A stretch of 64,000 nucleotides of DNA from Proteobacteria bacterium CAG:495 (GTDB taxonomy: Bacteria; Pseudomonadota; Alphaproteobacteria; RF32; CAG-239), in NCBI GenBank assembly GCA_000432275.1, contig HF995302.1, forward strand, positions 8,589 through 72,588. Direction: 5' to 3'. Position 1 is the stretch's first letter. Each line of letters opens with the position of its first letter. The position numbers and the translations under genes were made by a program. Shown in pieces: positions 54,680 to 61,367 of the stretch. Below the pieces are notes generated by a model. It ran no database searches. It saw nothing but the letters and a program-made list of their open reading frames with translations, and was not told the DNA's origin.

Positions 54680-55501
54680 TTATTTAATCCAGCATTTAAG
54701 CGCACCGTTGCACCAATAGCTTTCAAGATTCCAGCTTTCGGCGGGACAGACGGTTGGTTCTTTTTTACATTCTTTATATTTGATGACGTCGCCGCTCTGA
54801 CAGACCGCTGAGCCGGCAACCGCCCCGTACTGACAGTCGAAATAACCGTCACAGGGATTGACAGTCGTTTTATAACGGATTCCGAAGCAACTGTCGCACC
54901 GGGATGTTTCAATATAGCCTGGCTTAATTTCGGTTTCTTCAAATCCGTCGCATTTGTTACAGCAGGTGCCGTAGGTATTGTCATATTTGCAGCGTCCGCC
55001 GTCTTCCAATTGCCATCCGTCGGGACAAGTTTGGGTATATCCTAGGCAGGCTTCCGGAATGTTGATAATGCAATCGGCGTATTTTCCGCCGCAGGAAGCG
55101 CCTGAGGGATAAGAGGGAGGCTTGCAGTTGGATGCATCGTATTGATAGCGGTCAGAACAAGAGCATCCTTTGTAGCAGGTAAGCTCCGGTGTGGGGTGAA
55201 CGACGGTTCCGTTTTGTTGCGGCGGGCAGGATGCGGCAAGTCCGTAGTTAGCGCAGCTGGCATATTTGCCTCCGTTTATAAGCTCGTCATCGTTGGTTCG
55301 GTTTCCGTAGCCGTATCCGCCGATACGGCCGATATAATCGGGCATCCAGTAGACACCGGCGGTTTTAACGGTAGAAGGAGAGGCAAACGACGAAGGTGCT
55401 AATGACATTGGTGTGAAATGCGGGTTATCGGCGAAGGCTTCGGATAGTGAAAACAAAACGGCGAAAAAAGACATCGCCTGAAGAGAACCAAAATGTTTCA
55501 T
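54680..55501 (-). CDS. secreted cysteine-rich protein (full-length family member, 23 Cys in the C-terminal ~190 aa)
   Basis: Signal peptide MKHFGSLQAMSFFAVLFSLSEAFA (ATG 55501 behind AAGGA; the track start 55519 is a TTG). Collinear with 9786-10598. Confidence 0.7.
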   Translation of the reverse strand: MKHFGSLQAMSFFAVLFSLSEAFADNPHFTPMSLAPSSFASPSTVKTAGVYWMPDYIGRIGGYGYGNRTNDDELINGGKYASCANYGLAASCPPQQNGTVVHPTPELTCYKGCSCSDRYQYDASNCKPPSYPSGASCGGKYADCIINIPEACLGYTQTCPDGWQLEDGGRCKYDNTYGTCCNKCDGFEETEIKPGYIETSRCDSCFGIRYKTTVNPCDGYFDCQYGAVAGSAVCQSGDVIKYKECKKEPTVCPAESWNLESYWCNGALKCWIK

Positions 55502-55655
55502 AATCGTCATCCTTGCCAAAATTAAAGACCTTTAGTCGTTTGCTTCTGTTCTTATAATAACAAATTTATATAAATAAGTAAATAATTAATTAACCCTGGA
55601 TGACAAAAAAACACCCCGTTTTTACTAAACGGGGTGTCGGGCAACGGTTTGGTTA

Positions 55656-56912
55656 TTATTTGATTTTGATTAAGCCGTGCTTCTTTTTGCCTTGCGACAG
55701 TTTAATCTGCCCGTCAACGACATCAGCGGCACAGCAGCGGTAATTTTCGTCACAAACCGGTTTGTCGTTAAGTTTTAGGCCGCCTTGTTTAATCAACCGA
55801 CGGGCTTCGCCCTTGCTGGCGCAAAAACCGATTTGTACAAAGGCGTCCAAAACGCACAGTCCGTCGGCACAATCGACTTCCAGACAGGGGAGGTCGCCGC
55901 CGGCAATGCCTTGTTCAAATGTCTGAATGGCGGTTTCCTGTGCTTTTCGGGCTTCTTCTTCGCCGCGGCAGATTTTGGTAGCCTCAAAGGCCAAAATCTT
56001 TTTGGCCTCGTTAATCTCTTGGTCTTTCAAAGCTTCCAGACGGCGGACTTCATCAATCGGCAAATCCGTAAAAATACGCAGGCATTTGCCCACTTCGGCG
56101 TCTCCGATATTGCGAAAATATTGGTAGTAGTCATATGCCGGAAGTTTCTCTTCGTTAATCCATACGGCATTGCCCTCTGATTTGCCCATTTTTTTGCCGG
56201 CAGAGTCGGTGATAATCGGACTGGTGAAGCCGAACAGTTCCACATCGTATTTGCGGCGTCCGAGTTCGGTACCGGAGGTAATGTTTCCCCATTGGTCGGA
56301 ACCGGCGATTTGTGCCCGGCAGCCGTATTTTTTGTAGAGTTCGATAAAATCGTATCCCTGCAGCAGCATATAGTTAAATTCCAAAAACGACATCGGCTGC
56401 TCGCGTTCCAGACGAGACTTGACGCTGTCCATGGTCAGCATCCGGTTGACGGTATAATAGGTTCCGATATCGCGCAGAAAAGAGAGGTAATTGATGTCTT
56501 TGAACCAATCCCAGTTGTCAACCATTTCGGCGTCCGTGGCTCCGGTGCCGAATTTAAGAAATTTTGAAAAAGATTTTTTCAATCCTGCGACATTGTGCGC
56601 CAATGTCTCTTCATCCAGAAACGGGCGCAGCTTGTCTTTGCCGGAAGGGTCGCCGATGCGTGCGGTGGCGCCGCCGACCAACGTCAACGGTTTGTGTCCG
56701 CATTTCTGAAACCAGCGCATCATCATCAGCGGTACGATATGGCCGACATGAAGACTGTCGCCTGTCGGATCTGAGCCCAAATAGCCGACAGCAGGCTTTC
56801 CGGAAGTTTCGCATTGGTAGAGGTAGGTGTCAAAACCATCCTCGTTAGTGCATTGGTTGTAGAAACCCCTTTCCAGCATGATGTTCATAAACTGTGACTT
56901 AAATTGGCTCAT
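55656..56912 (-). CDS. tyrS: tyrosine--tRNA ligase
   Basis: ATG at 56912 behind AGGAAAGG. HIGH-type SLHVGH, KMSKS-type KKMGKS, and a C-terminal S4-like domain. Confidence 0.9.
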   Translation of the reverse strand: MSQFKSQFMNIMLERGFYNQCTNEDGFDTYLYQCETSGKPAVGYLGSDPTGDSLHVGHIVPLMMMRWFQKCGHKPLTLVGGATARIGDPSGKDKLRPFLDEETLAHNVAGLKKSFSKFLKFGTGATDAEMVDNWDWFKDINYLSFLRDIGTYYTVNRMLTMDSVKSRLEREQPMSFLEFNYMLLQGYDFIELYKKYGCRAQIAGSDQWGNITSGTELGRRKYDVELFGFTSPIITDSAGKKMGKSEGNAVWINEEKLPAYDYYQYFRNIGDAEVGKCLRIFTDLPIDEVRRLEALKDQEINEAKKILAFEATKICRGEEEARKAQETAIQTFEQGIAGGDLPCLEVDCADGLCVLDAFVQIGFCASKGEARRLIKQGGLKLNDKPVCDENYRCCAADVVDGQIKLSQGKKKHGLIKIK

Positions 56913-57005
56913 TTTCCCTTTCCTTTTCAATTTTATAACCAAATTTTAACTTGGCTATATTAGCATATAAAAACAACAATGCAACAAAGGAGTGACTTTT
57001 TTATC

Positions 57006-58115
57006 ATGGATTCCATCAAAACGCAGCGGGCTTTGGGCTTAATGAGCAGTTCTTCTCTGGAGGGAGTAAATGTCGCTGTGATTTCAACCGATGGCATAGA
57101 CGTCTATGATTTTGGCCCTTCTTTTAAAGTCCCTTACGACGATGCCTTGCGCGAACGGCTGCGTTCGCTGCTCGGTAAACGTCCCGACGGCGAGGCGGCG
57201 GAGGAAATCGCTGCGGCGGAACGCGAACTGACTGCGTTTAACGCCGAAATCGTCCGAGACGTTATTTCTGCTTACGATGAAAATATTGATGTTATTGGTT
57301 TTCACGGCCTGACGCTGCTTCATCAGCCTGCCGAGCATTATACCTGCCAGATTGGTGACGGAGATATGTTGGCAGAGCTGACCGGAATAAAGGTTGTCAA
57401 CCGTTTTCGCAACACGGATGTTGCCGCCGGCGGGCAGGGGGCACCGCTTTCGCCGGTTTATCACGCCGCTTTGGCTGCAAAATTTGAAAAACCGGTCTGT
57501 TTTGTAAATATCGGCGGAATTTCCAGCCTGACCTGGATTGGCAGTAACGGCGAACTTTTGGCTTTTGACACCGGTCCCGGCAATGCGGCCGTAGACGACT
57601 GGGTTTTGAAACACGGCGGCATGCATATGGATTATAATGGCAAATTGGCGATAACCGGAGCTATTGACGGCCATGTGCTGGCCAGCTTAATGCGCCATAA
57701 ATATTTCGGGCTTTATCCGCCCAAGTCGGTAGACCGAAACCTTTTTCAGGACAAGCTTGAACATCTTGAGGCCTTGTCTCTGGCTGACGGAGCTGCGACG
57801 GCAACGGCTTTTGTTGCTGAATCAATCGCCTATTCTCTGGCGATGTATGTGCCGGAAGCTCCCAAAGAAGTTATTATTTGCGGCGGCGGAGCCTGTAATC
57901 CGACACTATTGCGCTTTTTACGCCAGCGCCTGGAACATATTGACGTTAAAACGGCGGAAGAGGCCGGTTGGAAAGGCAATGCGCTTGAACCGCAGGCTTT
58001 TGCCTTTATGGCCGTACGCCGGCTCAATATGCTTCCCGCCAGTTTTCCCGCCACTACCGGCGTGCCGGAACCGTTAATCTGCGGACAGATTCATGAACCC
58101 CCTGCCGCGATGTGA
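57006..58115 (+). CDS. anmK: anhydro-N-acetylmuramic acid kinase
   Basis: ALGLMSSSSLEGVNVAVIST.., NIGGISSLT, FDTGPGNA, GGGACNPTLL. ATG at 57006 preferred over 56979. Confidence 0.85.
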   Translation: MDSIKTQRALGLMSSSSLEGVNVAVISTDGIDVYDFGPSFKVPYDDALRERLRSLLGKRPDGEAAEEIAAAERELTAFNAEIVRDVISAYDENIDVIGFHGLTLLHQPAEHYTCQIGDGDMLAELTGIKVVNRFRNTDVAAGGQGAPLSPVYHAALAAKFEKPVCFVNIGGISSLTWIGSNGELLAFDTGPGNAAVDDWVLKHGGMHMDYNGKLAITGAIDGHVLASLMRHKYFGLYPPKSVDRNLFQDKLEHLEALSLADGAATATAFVAESIAYSLAMYVPEAPKEVIICGGGACNPTLLRFLRQRLEHIDVKTAEEAGWKGNALEPQAFAFMAVRRLNMLPASFPATTGVPEPLICGQIHEPPAAM

Positions 58116-58448
58116 GATGTGAACCTTTTTTTGATAAAAAATTATTTAGATATAACCGTTGTTCAACACTTAAACGATTAGTTTTATGGAAAAAAAGTCG
58201 TCTTTGGGTCACGAGATACTGTGTATGTTGTTGACCGCAGCATTATTTTATTTGCTCATCTTCTGCAAAGTGAATGCGATGTGGTAGATGTGGGTTAATA
58301 TATTGTGGTGTGCCGAAACTGCCCGTGATTTTTTTTGAGAACCTCAACTCTCAAAATATCCGGGCAGTTTTTTGTGGACAAAAATTCCGAATTATGCTAT
58401 CTTTCCAGTATTCCAAATGATTATTAATAAATTAAAATATATAAAAAA

Positions 58449-58952
58449 ATGAAAAAGATTTATTATTTTTTGATGGCGGCATTTGTAGCAATAGCTTTGA
58501 GTGCCTGTGACAAAGATGCCGAAGTTTATGACCTTCTTCCGGATGACGAGACGGAAAACCCGGATAACGGAAACAACAACGGCAACAACAGCGACGGAGA
58601 GAATAACAGCGAAGACTATGATGTCTGGAGCAGTGTTTCTTTCAAGGTTGCTCCCGGAATCACCTTTGGCGGACGATACACCATCGTTCCCCAGAAAAAA
58701 GGTACTGACTATTACTTCTATATGCAGTCTCACGGAGAGACAATGAAAGACTATTTCATTGTTTTAACACAGGATTTGACTTCTGCGGACGGAAAACGCA
58801 TTTATGAGGTGACTACGTCGGATAAAATTCCGGTCGATGCCTATTTTCCGTCAGATTATGCCGATGAAGTGTCAATCACCGAGAACAAGGCAACGGTTGT
58901 TTTTGTAATCGGTTCCGTCAAAGACAGCCAGACCATTGTTCTGAAAAACTAA
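58449..58952 (+). CDS. lipoprotein, function unknown
   Basis: Lipobox AIALSAC after MKKIYYFLMAAFV, followed by an Asn/Asp/Glu-rich linker. Confidence 0.6.
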   Translation: MKKIYYFLMAAFVAIALSACDKDAEVYDLLPDDETENPDNGNNNGNNSDGENNSEDYDVWSSVSFKVAPGITFGGRYTIVPQKKGTDYYFYMQSHGETMKDYFIVLTQDLTSADGKRIYEVTTSDKIPVDAYFPSDYADEVSITENKATVVFVIGSVKDSQTIVLKN

Positions 58953-58965
58953 ACGTAAAAAAACA

Positions 58966-59006
58966 ACAGCCTCCGCGGACAAGTTTCCGGGAGGCTGCTT
59001 TATTTT
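58966..59006. terminator. bidirectional intrinsic terminator
   Basis: A7-CAGCCTCC-loop-GGAGGCTG-CTTTATTTT sits between convergent genes. Confidence 0.65.
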
Positions 59007-59012
59007 GAGACA

Positions 59013-59324
59013 CTAGGTCAGACCGTCGGTAAGGTTGTTTTTTTCCACATGTTTAATCCGGGCAAAATAGTCGCCGACCACGCAGTTTCTTTCACGGTCT
59101 ATTTCTACGATTAAAATCTGTTGGGCTTTGCTCAATTCGCAGAGAACGCGGTCATTAATGTAATCTATCAGGATGACTTCGTTGGGACGCCGGTAAAATG
59201 TCGCATGCCGTCCGCCGTCATAAAGCAGAAAAGGGCTTTGCGGCCGGCCTTGTCTGCCTTTAAGGGCAAACACCAGCATTCCCTTGTCGGTCGTTATAAT
59301 TTCATAACTTTCCTCGTGTTCCAC
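59013..59324 (-). CDS. hypothetical protein (103 aa)
   Basis: Clean ORF, 12 nt downstream of 59337-59579. No motif recognised. Confidence 0.45.
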   Translation of the reverse strand: MEHEESYEIITTDKGMLVFALKGRQGRPQSPFLLYDGGRHATFYRRPNEVILIDYINDRVLCELSKAQQILIVEIDRERNCVVGDYFARIKHVEKNNLTDGLT

Positions 59325-59336
59325 CGTAATAATTCC

Positions 59337-59579
59337 TTAATGAATGTTTTTCTTCATATCGGCGGCTTTTTTTGCGACCCACTTCAAGGCGTCTTGGGAA
59401 ATCTCTTTTGATAAATCTTTAATCGGCGTGCCCAGACTGTTGGGAGCAAATTCATTGGCCATTTTTAACGCGCCGCCGAACATGCTGTCGGTTGCTTTCA
59501 GGCCGTATTTTGCCAGCGTTGCACTCATTCCGACGGCGGTAAGAGCGTTTTTGGTTGCGTATTTTGCTGCTTGTTTCAT
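59337..59579 (-). CDS. hypothetical protein (80 aa, Ala/Lys-rich helical)
   Basis: Clean ORF behind a GGGAGGG SD-like sequence. No motif recognised. Confidence 0.45.
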   Translation of the reverse strand: MKQAAKYATKNALTAVGMSATLAKYGLKATDSMFGGALKMANEFAPNSLGTPIKDLSKEISQDALKWVAKKAADMKKNIH

Positions 59580-60117
59580 CGGTACCCTCCCTGCTTTTTA
59601 CGGGTTAACTGAATTTAATATACCATTGTTAAAAGTTTTAAGCAAGTTTTTCTGTCTAATGATTTTTTTTGCTCCAAAGACGATTCGAAACCGCATTTGT
59701 TTTGTTTGCGGTTTGGGGCGCACGGTCTTGTATTTTTTTTCGTTGACAAAATAACCTTCTGTGCTATTTGTAGCTCAATAATTTGATATTTTTGTTCGCA
59801 TTATTTGGTTCAGAGTGTTTTTTTCATTCTGTTATTTATCGGAAACTAATTTTTTCAAACTCATATAAATTGGGATTTAGTTAATCGTGAGATTGATTAA
59901 ATGTGTTCCGGGTCTGATTTTGCGTTATTGTCTGAGCGGCAGTTTCTTATGGAGTAGTGGCGAGCGAAACATAATTTGCAGAATTCAGACTTAATCTCTG
60001 GCCCGCAGGGTGATACCTATTCCCTGTACAATCTGCAAGGTTTTACGCAGGGGCTGAAGTTTTTGACCGGCTGCGAAGTCCGTCAAAAACTTTCATTTGC
60101 AAATTCGAGTCTTTTAG

Positions 60118-60159
60118 AAGGCCTTATCCTTTTAAGGGATAAGGTCTTTCCTTTGTTTT
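60118..60159 (+). terminator. terminator-like hairpin 1 in the leader upstream of the zeta-like gene
   Basis: CCTTATCC-7 nt loop-GGATAAGG followed by TCTTTCCTTTGTTTT. Confidence 0.5.
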
Positions 60160-60194
60160 AGCATTTTTGTTTATTGTTATTTTGATTTTTTGGT

Positions 60195-60229
60195 TGAGAG
60201 AGTCTCTGTGAAGAGCCTCTCTTTTTTTT
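60195..60229 (+). terminator. terminator-like hairpin 2 in the same leader
   Basis: GAGAG...CTCTC imperfect stem followed by T8. Confidence 0.45.
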
Positions 60230-60306
60230 GTCCGGGCAATTAATGATTGAGACTTTGGACAAAACGTGCTAAGCTGTTTGTGTTCTTTTGGGTGAAAGGA
60301 TTATTG

Positions 60307-61140
60307 ATGAATACTTTGGAACAGGAACATTTTATTCAGGTTTGTAACTATTTTTTTACCGGTAAAAGACAGGTTCCGGCAAATGAACAACCCCGTATGG
60401 TTTTCGTTTTTTCTTCGCCCGGCGCCGGCAAATCCACGCGCATCAAGCCTCTGTTGCAAAAGAGCTTTGCCACTTCTCCCGTGTTGTTGGAAATTGATGA
60501 GCTGAAAGCTTTTATTCCCGACGGGGACAATATCGATAAAACGGCCGACGACTGGTTCTGCCGTATTGTTGACGGCGCGTTGGACCTGAAATACAACATA
60601 ATAATATTTCGTCAGCGCAGTATGCTGCAGCTGAAGCAAACCCGTGATTATCTTAAAAAAGCCCGGCAAAACGGCTACCGGACGGAAGTCTGTATTTTGG
60701 CGCTGGACAAACAGCGAAGCCGTCTGGGAATGGTTCACCGCTATGAGTTTGCCCTTGAAAACTATCTTAAGAACCCTGCCGCCGATGATGTTCAGAATTA
60801 TCCGCGCAAGCCTGATTTTATAAAGCATGGCGTATTTTTTGCCGCTTTGCCGATTATTGTCCGGATGAGCGAAAAGTCCAAATATGTCGAGCGTATTGAT
60901 GTTTACAGCCGTCAGGGGGAACATCTGGCTTTTCTTGATAAAAATTCAAACCTCAAAAGCGAACTCACCCCGTTGCAGGCCCTGCGGAAAGAACGCCGCC
61001 GTCCGTGGATTTATCTTGAACGCAACAAATATAACCGCCGCCGGCAGGAGGTTGAAGAAAAAATGAGGCAGCGCAAAGCCGGCCTTTGGGACAAGATGAT
61101 GTTTCGCTGGATGACGTCGACGGCCAAAAGCCGGAAATAA
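60307..61140 (+). CDS. zeta-toxin-family P-loop kinase
   Basis: ATG at 60307 behind AAAGGA. Walker A SSPGAGKST, NIIIFRQRS (compare the EGT(L/F)R block), and GYRTEVCILALDKQRSRLGMVHRYE, a typical zeta block. Confidence 0.6.
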   Translation: MNTLEQEHFIQVCNYFFTGKRQVPANEQPRMVFVFSSPGAGKSTRIKPLLQKSFATSPVLLEIDELKAFIPDGDNIDKTADDWFCRIVDGALDLKYNIIIFRQRSMLQLKQTRDYLKKARQNGYRTEVCILALDKQRSRLGMVHRYEFALENYLKNPAADDVQNYPRKPDFIKHGVFFAALPIIVRMSEKSKYVERIDVYSRQGEHLAFLDKNSNLKSELTPLQALRKERRRPWIYLERNKYNRRRQEVEEKMRQRKAGLWDKMMFRWMTSTAKSRK

Positions 61141-61367
61141 AATTCTCTGCCGGCCGCAACAATCTTATAAATTACATTTGACTCGGGGATTTTCTTGTAT
61201 TAAACTTCCTCCAGTTTTTATTGAAGAGTTTTAATATGGTGCAAAATTTTTACATATACATTCCTTCCGTTATTATCCCTTAGGGGATACACTTTTTTTG
61301 CACATAAAAACAGACCGTTCTTGCTAATTTAATATTTATAATCCGATTAATTTTAAGGTGTTTACTG

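Noticed and set aside
58188-58289. 33-aa hydrophobic ORF (MEKKSSLGHEILCMLLTAALFYLLIFCKVNAMW) followed by a long-range hairpin (AAACTGCCCG...CGGGCAGTTT, 58317-58370); possible type I toxin-like peptide
   Set aside because: There is no SD sequence, no antisense RNA evidence and no conservation information. It is too short to support from sequence alone.
61141-61367. T-box or other leader upstream of ileS; a hairpin TATCCC-TTA-GGGATA followed by a T-run lies at about 61271-61298
   Set aside because: I could not find a specifier loop or T-box consensus, and T-boxes are not expected in this lineage. The hairpin may simply be a distal terminator for the zeta-like gene.
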